Assembly: GCA_965215005.1 (NCBI GenBank)
Contig: CBDCCZ010000004.1
Span: 32,001-96,000 of the forward strand
Source: Kofleriaceae bacterium
GTDB taxonomy: Bacteria > Myxococcota_A > Polyangia > Haliangiales > Haliangiaceae
Reading direction: 5' to 3'
Length of the DNA: 64,000 bases
Of this stretch, positions 29,842 to 41,060 are shown in pieces. A model generated the notes under the pieces. That model saw only the letters and a list, made by a program, of their open reading frames with translations, did not search any database and had not been told where the DNA came from. How positions within the stretch are numbered: the first letter of the stretch is position 1; every line of letters starts with the position of its first letter. The position numbers were made by a program, and so were the translations under genes.

Positions 29842-30465
29842 TCAACCTTCGCGCCAACCAGACCCTTTGCCGCCCTGTGTGGCCACCGAGCGATCGCCGA
29901 TCTTCTCGCTCAACGCCATCATCATCTCTTTGGTCATGATCGCATCGCCGCGTTCTTCGACTGGCAGCGCATGAGCACCCGTGTCCATGCGAATCGCGTC
30001 GCACGGGCATGCCTCGACGCAGAGGCCGCACACGATGCAGCGGAGCTCATCGATCTCAAACACTGCCGGATACTTCTCCACGCCCTTGTCATCGGTCTCT
30101 GCCGGGACGATGGTGATGCAGTTGGCGGGGCACACCGTGGGGCAGCACATGCACGCAACGCAACGAACCCGGCCATCGTCGCGCAGCATGAGCCGATGGA
30201 GTCCACGATTGCGCTCGGGATACTTCACCGGCTCTTCCGGATACTCGATGGTCTCGATGTCGTTGTTGCCCTTGCCGCGGAAGAAGTTCTTGCCGAAGTG
30301 TCGGATCGTGATGCCGAGACCGGTAAGGGTCGCCTTCAGAAACGATGCTTCCTGCGCCTCCGGGCGCGTGATCTGAACGGTGCGGTGCTTTGGGTTCTTC
30401 TCCGAAACCGAGAGCACTTTTAGTCCCGCGGGCTCCGCGACAGTCTCTGCGTGGGTGGTTGCCAT
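29842..30465 (-). CDS. nuoI: NADH-quinone oxidoreductase subunit I
   Basis: TIEYPEE, RGLHRL, two CxxCxxCxxxCP motifs. Confidence 0.95.
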   Translation of the reverse strand: MATTHAETVAEPAGLKVLSVSEKNPKHRTVQITRPEAQEASFLKATLTGLGITIRHFGKNFFRGKGNNDIETIEYPEEPVKYPERNRGLHRLMLRDDGRVRCVACMCCPTVCPANCITIVPAETDDKGVEKYPAVFEIDELRCIVCGLCVEACPCDAIRMDTGAHALPVEERGDAIMTKEMMMALSEKIGDRSVATQGGKGSGWREG

Positions 30466-30515
30466 GTCGTACCTCGTTGTATCGTGCTCTCGCCGTTGCG
30501 CAACTGGCGACGAAG

Positions 30516-31793
30516 TCAGCGCCGGGCGCGTGAAAGGCCAATCCCGGCGACCACCACCAACCCGATGAGCTGCAAGATCCCGAGCAGCTCAACGCCGCCG
30601 ATGGCCGAGTAGGGGCCGAGCGGGATGAGCCGGGCGGGCAGCAGCGCGAACAGTGCCGTTGCCATGATGTTGGCGAGCGCCAACGGCAGCAGCACTTTCC
30701 AGCCGAGATTCATGAGTTGGTCACCGCGGAATCGCGGCAGCGTCCAGCGGATGGCCAGCTGCAGCCAGCAAAAGAACAACACCTTCACGCCCCACGTCCC
30801 GAACTGGATCAGGATCACCGCCCAGTGCGGCAGGTAAACGGCTCCGAGCGCGCCAAAGTGAAACCCATCGGTGGCCAAGAACGGGAACTGCCACCCACCA
30901 AAGAACACGGTGGTCATCACCGCGGAGATGAAAACGATCTCGATGAACTCACCGAGGAAGAACATGCCCCAGCGCAGGCCGGAGTATTCTACGAAGTAGC
31001 CAATGATCTCGGGCTCGCCCTCGGGAATATCGAAGGGCGCGCGCTTGGTTTCGGCAATCGCCGCCACGAAGAACAGCAAGCACGCCAGCGGTTGCAGTGC
31101 CCAGCCCCAGTTCCACGGCAGCGGCCCCTGCGCCCACACCATCGCGCCCGGCTCCAGCGTCCCGAGCACCAGGAACACACCCATGGCGGTCAGGCCCATG
31201 GAGACCTCGTAGCTCATCATCTGCGAGGACGCGCGCAGCCCGCCGAGCAGAGCCCATTTGTTGTAGCTGGCCCACCCCGCGATGGTCGCGCCGTAGTTGG
31301 CCAGTGTAAGGATCGCAAAGTAGAAGATCAGGCCGAACTCGATCTCCAAGACTTGCAGCGGGATCGCATCGGCAAACCGACCGCCTGCGTCGCTCATGAC
31401 CGCCTGGGATAGGACGTACGGGTCGATGACGTCGCCGAGGGCGTGTGGGTAAATGGTGGGCCCGAAGGGGATGATGGCAAAGGCGATGAGCACCGGTGCC
31501 AGTGCGAGCACCGGCGCCAAACTGAAGAGCCAGCGGTGGGCGTTGGCCGGCATGAAGTCTTCTTTGCCGATCATCTTGATGGCGTCGGCAACGAAGTGCA
31601 GAACGCCCTTGAGACGAATCGGACCGATGTTGGCGCGGTTGGGACCGAGCCGATCTTGCATCATGGCGCTTTGGCGACGCTCTGCCCACGTGAGCAGCGA
31701 TGCCACCGGCATGACGAAGGCAAACACCAGAAACAGCCACTTGGTGCCCGGCCAGTGGATGGTCCACCAGAGAGCGTCTTTGACGACTTCCAT
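30516..31793 (-). CDS. nuoH: NADH-quinone oxidoreductase subunit H
   Basis: ERRQSAMMQDRLGPN, GGLRASSQMMSYE, ETKRAPFDIPEGE, WTLPRFR. Confidence 0.97.
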   Translation of the reverse strand: MEVVKDALWWTIHWPGTKWLFLVFAFVMPVASLLTWAERRQSAMMQDRLGPNRANIGPIRLKGVLHFVADAIKMIGKEDFMPANAHRWLFSLAPVLALAPVLIAFAIIPFGPTIYPHALGDVIDPYVLSQAVMSDAGGRFADAIPLQVLEIEFGLIFYFAILTLANYGATIAGWASYNKWALLGGLRASSQMMSYEVSMGLTAMGVFLVLGTLEPGAMVWAQGPLPWNWGWALQPLACLLFFVAAIAETKRAPFDIPEGEPEIIGYFVEYSGLRWGMFFLGEFIEIVFISAVMTTVFFGGWQFPFLATDGFHFGALGAVYLPHWAVILIQFGTWGVKVLFFCWLQLAIRWTLPRFRGDQLMNLGWKVLLPLALANIMATALFALLPARLIPLGPYSAIGGVELLGILQLIGLVVVAGIGLSRARR

Positions 31794-31796
31794 CGG

Positions 31797-33442
31797 TTAG
31801 CCTCGCGAGTTGGCCCAGCGCAGCTGAGTAGGAATGACTTCCTTACCCCAATCCGCGCCTTTGAATGCCTCGACGGCAGCGATCATCTCTTTGAAGATGA
31901 GCTTTGGGTGGGTGTAATCGACCGCCGCGCTGGCCGCGCGACCGAGGCGGTTGATCACCTCCCACGCTGGCAGCGCTTGACCCATGGGTGGATAGGCTGC
32001 GCGCAGGCGCTGCACCTTGCCCTGGCGGTTGGTGATGGTGCCGTGCGCCTCTGCCCATGCCGCCGCCGCCAACGTCACCGCCGCGTGTTTTGCCAAGCCG
32101 TGCTCCTGATCAGCGATCACGACCACGGTCTGCAATCGAGCCGCTGCAGCCAGCGCCTCGGCGGAGAGCGGTAGCTCATGGCCCAAGACCAATAGCGACC
32201 GCAGCTCCCCCGCCAGGAGCGCCGCTTCGAGAGCTTCGATACCTTGCGCGGTCGGCGCGATGGCGCGAACGCCGGCGGTGTTGGGATTGACGTCAGCGTC
32301 GCGAAGGATGTCATCAGCGCGCTCGGGACGCGGGGCTTTGCCGCCGATATACAAGCGAGAGACTTGCCAGATGTCGCGAGCCAGCTTGGCGAGGACATAG
32401 TTGTCTTCGTTGGTGTGCTGCGCCGACAACACCACGCCAACCGCACCGCGATCATCAGCCACGGCGGCCTGCAACGCGGCGGCGGCGGTCGCGATGGCGC
32501 GATCCCACGCCGCGGGCAGCCCGTCTACCACCGGCCCAGCAAGGCGATCCTCGCGCAGTGCGTGATAGGTAAAGCGGCCCTCATCGCACATCCAGTAGTC
32601 GTTTACTTCTAGGTTTGGCCGCGGCACGAGCCGCCACACGCGCTCGTTGCGGTGGTGGATCTCCATGTTGCATCCGGTCGCGCAGCCATTGCAGACCGAG
32701 GGCGTCGCCATGAGCTCCCACGCCCGCATCGTGAAGCGAAAGTCTTTCGAGGTCAGCGCGCCAACTGGACAAACGTCGACCGTGTTGATCGAGTAAGGAT
32801 TGTCGAGAACGGCGCCCGGGGCCGTTCCGAGCTCCTCGTGATCGCCGCGGTTCTTCATCTCGAGCTGATGCTCGCCCGCGACCTCATCGCAGACGCGGAT
32901 GCAGCGCGTGCAGAGGATGCAGCGCTCGGCATCGAGAACGATGGTGGGCCCGAGATCCACGACTTTGGGCTTTCGTACCTTCGGCACGTCGACGCGTGAG
33001 CCTTGGTTGTCGTGGTCGAAATAGTGGCGTTGCAGCAGGCACTCGCCGGCTTTGTCGCAGATGGGGCAGTCGATCGGATGATTGACGAGCGTGAACTCGA
33101 GCATCTGCTGGCGCGCGAGCCGCGATTCTGCATCCGCCGTTTCGACGACCATGCCATCCGTCGCCGCCATTTGGCAGCTCGGTTGTAGCTTGGGCATCTT
33201 CTCGATCTTGACGAGGCACTGCCGGCAGCACGCCGCAATCGAGAGGCCTGGGTGATAGCAGAAGTGCGGAACGTCAATGCCGACGAGCTTGGCGGCTTCG
33301 AGGAGATTAGTCCCTTTGGGGACGACCACCTCGCGGCCATCGATGGTGACGGTGACCGCGTTGGGATCTTTGGGAGTCGCTGGCGCGGCCGTATTGGCTT
33401 CGCGAACGTTCTCTACATCGGGCTTCTTGATGTGGTTCTCGC

Positions 33443-33446
<4 letters not shown>
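31797..33446 (-). CDS. nuoG: NADH-quinone oxidoreductase subunit G-like (short, 549 aa)
   Basis: PHFCYHPGL..CRQCLV, NHPIDCPICDKAGEC, RCILCTRC, CPVGAL, CNGCATGC...CDEGR. Confidence 0.9.
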
Positions 33447-34684
<1,238 letters not shown>

Positions 34685-34686
34685 GA

Positions 34687-35178
34687 TTAGGTCGCCAGGT
34701 CATCGCGGCGCACGAGCGGTTGCCGCTTGTCTTTGGGATAGTCCTTGCGCATCGGGTAGCCGACGAACTCCTCATACAGGTAGATGCGTCGCAGGTCGTG
34801 ATGGCCCTCGAAGAGGATGCCGTACATATCGTAGGTCTCACGCTCCTGCCAATCGAACGCCGGCCACAACGCTGCCAACGAGGGAAGCTTGGGATCCTCT
34901 TCTTCCACCCGAATCTTGAGGCGAAGGCGGTGCCGATGGGGGAGGGAGCGCAGCTGATAGCAGACCGAGAAGCGCGGACCATCGCCGCCAAGCTCGTCGA
35001 TGCAGGTCACGAACACCGGCACGTCAAAGAGCATCGCGGGATCGTCGCGCAGCCACGTGGCGATCTCTCGCAACTTCTCGCGGGTGACGTAGGCGACTTC
35101 ATCGCCGTGATCGGTGTGCGTTTCGACGACTGCGTCGCCAAACTTCTTCTTGAGGGCGTCGAGTACCTTCTGCGCCAT
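34687..35178 (-). CDS. nuoC: NADH-quinone oxidoreductase subunit C
   Basis: WQERETYDMYGILFEGHHDLRRI...PMRKDYP; start ATG 35178. Confidence 0.95.
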   Translation of the reverse strand: MAQKVLDALKKKFGDAVVETHTDHGDEVAYVTREKLREIATWLRDDPAMLFDVPVFVTCIDELGGDGPRFSVCYQLRSLPHRHRLRLKIRVEEEDPKLPSLAALWPAFDWQERETYDMYGILFEGHHDLRRIYLYEEFVGYPMRKDYPKDKRQPLVRRDDLAT

Positions 35179-35212
35179 GATGTCCGATTCGGGAATAGAG
35201 GAGGAGAGAGGC

Positions 35213-35761
35213 TCAGTCTTCGGAGGCTTGCAGCTGCTCGCGGCGATGCCGCTGCTGACTGAAGCCACGCGCCTTCTGCACTCGGTCTTGCAGCATGATG
35301 AGCGCGTCGAGGACCTGCTCGGGCCGCGGTGGGCAGCCAGGTATGTAGACATCTACGGGGATGACCTGATCGGCGCCGGGCATGGAGTGGTAATTTTGGT
35401 AGAAGCCGCCGGTTGACGCACAAACGCCAAATGCGATGACCCACTTCGGTTCGGCCATCTGCTCCCACACTCGCTTGAGCGCCGGTCCCTGCTTCTCGGT
35501 GATGGTGCCGACGATCATGAGGAGATCGGCCTGGCGCGGCGAAAACCGCGGAAACTCGGCGCCGAAGCGGGCGATATCATATTTGGGCGCGGCGACTGAC
35601 ATGAATTCCATGCCGCAACACGCGGTGACGAACGGGTAGCTGAACAACGAGAACTTGCGCCCCCAGTTGCCGACCTTCTCGATCATCTTCTGCTTGGTGA
35701 GGACGTCCTCCGACCACTTGGCGACGTCCTCGAGACGCGTCGTTGTGAGCTCTACTCCCAT
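35213..35761 (-). CDS. nuoB: NADH-quinone oxidoreductase subunit B
   Basis: TACCGME, SPRQADL, PKWVIAFGVCA, VDVYIPGCPPRPE; start ATG 35761. Confidence 0.97.
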   Translation of the reverse strand: MGVELTTTRLEDVAKWSEDVLTKQKMIEKVGNWGRKFSLFSYPFVTACCGMEFMSVAAPKYDIARFGAEFPRFSPRQADLLMIVGTITEKQGPALKRVWEQMAEPKWVIAFGVCASTGGFYQNYHSMPGADQVIPVDVYIPGCPPRPEQVLDALIMLQDRVQKARGFSQQRHRREQLQASED

Positions 35762-36135
35762 CCGATTGCCTTCTTTCGCCAAACGTAAGCGAGCGCGACC
35801 GTTAGGATGATGACGAAGAGGAACATCTCCACGAAGCCAAACAGGCCGAGCCCCGGCCAGCCCAACAGTGGGTTCTCTCGATATAACAGCGCCCACGGGT
35901 ACATGAAGGCTGCTTCGATATCGAACACCAAGAATAGGATGGCGACCTGGTAGAACTTGACCGAATAACGACCGCGTGGCGAGCCGATTGGTTCAGAGCC
36001 GCACTCGAAAGGGGCGGCTTTCTCCACCGTGACGCGCTTCGGGCCGACGAACACCGCCATCGCCACCAGGAGACCGGCGAATCCCAGCGCCAAAACGAAC
36101 GACAGCCCGGCTGGTATGTATGCCTGTAGTTCCAA
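35752..36135 (-). CDS. nuoA: NADH-quinone oxidoreductase subunit A
   Basis: PFECG, KFYQVAILFLVFDIE; TTG start. Confidence 0.95.
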   Translation of the reverse strand: MELQAYIPAGLSFVLALGFAGLLVAMAVFVGPKRVTVEKAAPFECGSEPIGSPRGRYSVKFYQVAILFLVFDIEAAFMYPWALLYRENPLLGWPGLGLFGFVEMFLFVIILTVALAYVWRKKAIGWE

Positions 36136-36404
36136 AGCGAGCGCATTATAGAGCAGAGGTGTGTAGCCGAGGTCAATCGCTCCTGGACCCGGTTTTCATC
36201 GATGTTGCCTCGCGGCGCCGCGGTATCCGCCACTACGAATCGCTCTGAGCCTCGCGATTCACCGCGCAGGTCGCGACCACGAGCAGAGCAGCGATCGGTT
36301 GAAAGAGTAACGATCGGCTGAGCTGCGCCGAGCTGGCCTTCGAGCAGCAGAGTGACGCCGCCGAGCATCGAGCGGGGGTACCGCCGCGTGACTCTTGCAG
36401 CGTA

Positions 36405-36914
36405 TCAAGCGTTCTGCTGGACGTTGTACAGCGCTTCCTCGAAGGCCTCGATCACGCTCGCCTCGGTGGCGACGAGATAGACCGTCTCGGGAAACGCACG
36501 ACGATGGGAGCGAAGTTCTTCGACGATAGCGCGAGCGGCCTCTTCCACGGCCACTCCGGCGGTATCGGTGCCTATCGCGGGAAACGCGATGACGCGAAAC
36601 TGGCTAGCATGGGCGGCGATGAGAGCCGCGCGGGCGGCGCGGCGAAGATTGTCGGCGGCTACACGCTCGCCGGGCTCGGCCATGATGGGTGCGTGAATCA
36701 CGTGTTTGGCGGGAAGCTGGCCGCCTTCGGTGACGATGGCGGCTCCAACCGCGACCGGGGCGGCGTCCATAGCGGCCGCTTGGATGCCCGCGCCGCCCGC
36801 TTGCTTGATTTGCGCGGCGATGCCACTTCCCATGATGCCGCGGGAATTGGCGGGATTGACGATCGCGTCAACCGGTAGAGACGTTAACGTGGTCGCTGCG
36901 ACGTGAACCTGCAT
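36405..36914 (-). CDS. Macro domain (ADP-ribose binding/hydrolase) protein
   Basis: VDAIVNPANS.G.MGSGIA, HVIHA, IAFPAIGT; start ATG 36914. Confidence 0.9.
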   Translation of the reverse strand: MQVHVAATTLTSLPVDAIVNPANSRGIMGSGIAAQIKQAGGAGIQAAAMDAAPVAVGAAIVTEGGQLPAKHVIHAPIMAEPGERVAADNLRRAARAALIAAHASQFRVIAFPAIGTDTAGVAVEEAARAIVEELRSHRRAFPETVYLVATEASVIEAFEEALYNVQQNA

Positions 36915-37047
36915 GGGAGCTGTGCGCCTCGCGACGAGGCTAGCACGGGGCCAGGAGGGGACGCAAAACGAGCGCGCCATGGCTTGCGGCGCGCTCGTCT
37001 TCTCGCAGGGACGATGATGCGGCTAACAGCATCGTCACGCCTGGCCC

Positions 37048-37536
37048 TCAGGCTGCGAAGGCTTTTTCGAGCTCTTTCTCGACCTTATCCTCGGACCACT
37101 TACGAGCGACCGCCAGCTCTTTGACAATGAGGTTCTTCGCGGTATCGAGCATCCGCCGCTCGCCAAACGACAGCGTCTTGGTGCTCTTGAGGCGATACAG
37201 ATCGCGAAACACCTCAGCGACCTCGAACAGCGAGCCGGTCTTGATCTTTTCCATGAATCCGCGATAGCGGCGATTCCACGTTTGCTTGTCGATGTGGATG
37301 TCCTGCTCGCGCAGGATATCGAACACTTCTTCGACCTCGTCGGTGGTCGCGACGGAGCGGAGCCCAACTTGGTCGGCCTTGTCCTTCGGGACCAGGATCT
37401 GCATCTCGGTGTCGATCACCTTGAGCACGTAAAACGAGCAGATGGTTGCGTTGATTTCCTTTTGTTCGATCCCCACGACCTCCGCTACGCCCTGCGCGGG
37501 ATAGACCGCTTTGTCGCCGATCCTGAACTCGACCAT
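37048..37536 (-). CDS. cdnL: CarD family RNA polymerase-binding regulator (CdnL-like)
   Basis: FRIGDKAVYPAQGV, TWNRRYR, LSFGERRML; no C-terminal AT-hook domain; start ATG 37536. Confidence 0.9.
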   Translation of the reverse strand: MVEFRIGDKAVYPAQGVAEVVGIEQKEINATICSFYVLKVIDTEMQILVPKDKADQVGLRSVATTDEVEEVFDILREQDIHIDKQTWNRRYRGFMEKIKTGSLFEVAEVFRDLYRLKSTKTLSFGERRMLDTAKNLIVKELAVARKWSEDKVEKELEKAFAA

Positions 37537-38035
37537 GAACCTGTACCTCCGTCTGAACTTGGGCGTAAGCGGCAAGCAAATCACATACCAGCTGGCACTC
37601 TGCTGCCCAAGAAGCTTTGATTCCGGTGGGTTATGCGCATGATGGGGATTCAGACCCCGGCGCGACTTGCGCCAAGCTGTCACAGCGCTGCTTCACGATT
37701 CTGCGGCAAAATCACAAAAACCGCAACGCAGGCGGAAACATACGCGGTCATCGCAGCCAGTTGCATAGCGACTCGCGAGGTGGGGCGATTTGACTAGCCA
37801 CTTGCCTGCACTGCCTACTTCCTATGCCTTGGGAGTAAGCCAGCAAACCTCAATGAATAGTGGAGGAAAGTCCACTGTAATGCCGCGAAGTAAAATAGCC
37901 AGAAATCTGGCCCCACCGGTCGGTCGCCAGCCAGCAGACGTGGGAAGTTGGAAGTGAATGTGAGCGGCGGCGGATTGCTTTCATCATTGGCCAAGACGGT
38001 GTGGACGCGAAGGATCGGCTGTTACCATCCCTTCC

Positions 38036-39652
38036 ATGGCAAGGCGCGTCGACCGGCTCGGCCAGGTGCTCGTGCGCAACGGCACCTTGACGGAAGAGAC
38101 GCTAAAGGACGTGCTCGATCAACAGCAGCAGCAGCTGCCGCTGGCCTCGCTGTGCTACACGCTCGGTTACGCGGATGAGGAGACGCTGGTGCGAGCGCTC
38201 TCCAAGCACTGTGGCGTGCCCGCCATCGTGCTCGATGCCAGCGTCATCGACCTCAGCGTTCTTGAAGGTGTGTCGCAAGAGTTGGCAACCCGGCACGTGC
38301 TGCTGCCGGTGTACGAAGACGAGCGGCGCATCTTCGTCGCCTCACAGAGCCCGCACCTCGTCAGCGAGGTGTTTGCCGAGTTGCAGCTCGTACGCGGCAA
38401 GCTACTGGTTCCGCATCTCGCGTTGCAGGTGACTCTGGCGCGCACCATCCGTCATTGCTTCGATGCCTTCTCGCGCGGTGAACGCGTGGTGCGCGGGTTG
38501 GTTGCGCAGGCGGGACCTAGCGCCTTCATGGCGGTGGTGTCCGACGTCGCGGCAGCAGCGATCGATACCAAGGTCTGGCCAGCGCATGAAGCTCTTCTCG
38601 AGGATGTCACCAAGGAGCTCGTGGAGAGCGACCTGGTGCTGATCGAAGCCGAGGAAACCGAGGTGCCCGAGCGGCCGTCGTTTAATTTCGATGAGTCGTC
38701 GGTGGCGACCGCAGCGCCGCCGAGCGAGCTCGACGCTGGGACGACTGGCTCAGGAGATGGTGATAGAGCGGCAGGCGAGGCGTCTTCTACGTTTGCCGAT
38801 CTGCAGGTGGAGCCGGTGTGGGGGCACGGCAGCTCGGTGGATCTCGACAGTGGCGAAGGCGCTCAGCATCAGCCGCGGCACGCGGGACCGGCGCGGGTCC
38901 TCATCGTAGATGATGACTTCGCCACTCGACATTTGTTGGTGAAAGAGCTGCAGCCGATGGGCATCGCCACGGCTACCGCTGCGACTGGTGGCGAGGCCGT
39001 TCGAGCGATTAAACGGCAGCCGCCGGATCTCGTGCTGATCGACGTGATGCTGCCCGAGATCGATGGATTTGGGGTGTGTCGAGCGATCAAGCAGAGTCGC
39101 AAGTACAAGCACATTCCGGTGATTTTGATGTCGGCGGTGCTCGACTCGGGGCGGGTTACCGATAGCGTTCTGCGCCGCTATGGTGCCGACGCGTACTTCG
39201 AAAAGCCAATGGACACCGCGCGGGTGCGTGCGCGGGTGACCGAGCTCCTTCAGGTACTGCGGTCACGCGAGGTCACTAGCGACGATGAGAGCTTCGAGCA
39301 AGCGATCGCGCTCTATAAAGAAGGACACTTGGACGAGGCCGTCGAGGTGTTGCGCCTTGGGCTGCGCGTGGATCCTCTTTCGGCCAAACATCACTTCGTG
39401 TTGGCCAACTTGCTGCAAAAGAAGTCTCTGTTGTACGAGGCCATCGACGAATACGAAGCCACGGTAGACCTCAAGCCTGACTATTTCCCTGCTCTCACGC
39501 GGTTGGCGTATCTCTATTACAAGAAGGGCTTCTCTGCCAAAGCAATCGAGATGTGGCAACGGAGCTTGCCCCACTGTAGTGACGGAAACCTGCGGCAGAA
39601 CATTGAGGTGTTCATGCGCAAGTTGATCGCTGAGATGCAGACTGAAGTTTGA
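38036..39652 (+). CDS. MshEN-receiver-TPR multidomain response regulator
   Basis: RLGQVLVRNGTLTEETLKDVLDQQ fits the MshEN motif; REC (VDDD, DVMLP, KP); C-terminal TPRs. Confidence 0.88.
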   Translation: MARRVDRLGQVLVRNGTLTEETLKDVLDQQQQQLPLASLCYTLGYADEETLVRALSKHCGVPAIVLDASVIDLSVLEGVSQELATRHVLLPVYEDERRIFVASQSPHLVSEVFAELQLVRGKLLVPHLALQVTLARTIRHCFDAFSRGERVVRGLVAQAGPSAFMAVVSDVAAAAIDTKVWPAHEALLEDVTKELVESDLVLIEAEETEVPERPSFNFDESSVATAAPPSELDAGTTGSGDGDRAAGEASSTFADLQVEPVWGHGSSVDLDSGEGAQHQPRHAGPARVLIVDDDFATRHLLVKELQPMGIATATAATGGEAVRAIKRQPPDLVLIDVMLPEIDGFGVCRAIKQSRKYKHIPVILMSAVLDSGRVTDSVLRRYGADAYFEKPMDTARVRARVTELLQVLRSREVTSDDESFEQAIALYKEGHLDEAVEVLRLGLRVDPLSAKHHFVLANLLQKKSLLYEAIDEYEATVDLKPDYFPALTRLAYLYYKKGFSAKAIEMWQRSLPHCSDGNLRQNIEVFMRKLIAEMQTEV

Positions 39653-39698
39653 CAGAGCGCGGGCGAGAATGACGGGCGCGCCGTGGCGGCGCTAGGTA

Positions 39699-40034
39699 CT
39701 AAATGCTGCCAATGAGCGCCCGCAGTCGCCTCAGTGTGCGCGGGCTGAGGCAGTAGCAGACGCGTGGTCCGTCGACTTCGCCCTGCACCAAGCCGGCATC
39801 TTTCATGACTTTGAGATGTTGTGAAACGGTCGATTGAGCGAGATCGAGCTCGTCGACGATGTCGCCGCAGATGCAGCTATTGCGCCGCGCGAGCAGGCGA
39901 AGGATACGGACCCGCGCCGGGTGGGCGATTGCTTTGGCCAACGCTGCCAGCTCGACGTCCGCCGCTGCGCCCTCGACCGGCCGCAGGTCGGTGCCGTCCT
40001 CGCTGGGAGTGCAGGCGTCCTCAGTGCGTTCCAT
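39699..40034 (-). CDS. ArsR/SmtB family metalloregulator
   Basis: [42 protein letters not shown]. Confidence 0.92.
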   Translation of the reverse strand: MERTEDACTPSEDGTDLRPVEGAAADVELAALAKAIAHPARVRILRLLARRNSCICGDIVDELDLAQSTVSQHLKVMKDAGLVQGEVDGPRVCYCLSPRTLRRLRALIGSI

Positions 40035-40116
40035 CGTTGACCGCCGATATACCTATGAACCGCAGCGACTGCAAGTCGTGCACTTGGAGACGCGGCAGGG
40101 CGCGAGCTGCCATCGG

Positions 40117-40929
40117 TCACGGCGGTGACGCTGCATTGCTAGGCTCTATCTGAGGGTTACTTTGCCGCTGCTGCGCTTCTCCAGTCATCGGCACGAAGCG
40201 CACCGGAAAAACGGTTTGCGAGCGAAAGCCGTCGGCGGTGCGGGTGATGACGCGCAGCTCCTGATCGTCATCGCCCACCGGCACCACCAGCTTTCCTCCT
40301 ACCGCCAGCTGTTCCTTTAGCGGTTGCGGAATGGCTGGCGGCGCTGCGGTCACGATGATGGCATCGAACGGTGCTTCGCTCGGCCACCCAGCATAGCCAT
40401 CGCCAATGCGGGTTTGAATGGCCTCGTAGCCGAGTCGCTGCAAGTCCTGGCGCGCTCGCTCGCCGAGCGGCTCGACGATTTCGATGGTGAAGACCTCACC
40501 GGCGAGCTCAGCGAGAACCGCGGCTTGATAGCCCGAGCCGGTTCCTACCTCCAGCACTTTATCGCTGGGCTCGATTTCGGCGAGCTGGGTCATGGCAGCG
40601 ACGATGTACGGCTGACTGATCGTTTGCCCATTGCCGATGGGAAGCGGGTGGTCTCGATAGGCTAGAGATGCGACGTCGGGCGGAACCAGCTCGTGACGCG
40701 GCACCCGTCGCATCGCCTCGAGCACCCGAGGATCCGTGATGTCGCGCGCGACCAGCTGCTCGTCGACCATGGCCTGCCGCTCCGCCTGCGATGCATCGCG
40801 CGGTCGCGGCAGCTGGTCGGATACTCTCGAGGGCGAGCGCGTCCGCTCCGTGGGCCCGCGATTCTGTTTGCACGAGCTCACGGCTAGGGCGACCAAGCCG
40901 GCCAAACCTACTCGCCACCAGTCCTTCAT
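40117..40929 (-). CDS. pcm: Protein-L-isoaspartate O-methyltransferase with an N-terminal lipoprotein-like signal
   Basis: GQTISQPY, VLEVGTGSGYQAA, APFDAIIVTAA, VRFVPM; start re-picked at ATG 40929. Confidence 0.93.
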   Translation of the reverse strand: MKDWWRVGLAGLVALAVSSCKQNRGPTERTRSPSRVSDQLPRPRDASQAERQAMVDEQLVARDITDPRVLEAMRRVPRHELVPPDVASLAYRDHPLPIGNGQTISQPYIVAAMTQLAEIEPSDKVLEVGTGSGYQAAVLAELAGEVFTIEIVEPLGERARQDLQRLGYEAIQTRIGDGYAGWPSEAPFDAIIVTAAPPAIPQPLKEQLAVGGKLVVPVGDDDQELRVITRTADGFRSQTVFPVRFVPMTGEAQQRQSNPQIEPSNAASPP

Positions 40930-41060
40930 ACACGGAGGAATAGCCGCATGAGTCGCCTTGCACAACAGGGCAGTCGCCGTTAGTGCATATTCGAGCAAGG
41001 TGCTTGGAACGCCGATGCGCTCGCGGTACGGATCTGGGACTGCCGATGATGAGGAGCTAG

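Noticed and set aside
36145..36176. Full sigma70 promoter for nuoA (TTGACC...TATAAT, minus strand)
   Set aside because: The spacer is 20 bp, too long; the -10 may be real but the pair is not supported.
37863..37873. RNase P RNA signature GAGGAAAGTCC
   Set aside because: Not followed by the usual GGGC, no matching 3' P4 strand found, and the motif sits in a small local hairpin (AGTGGA/TCCACT).
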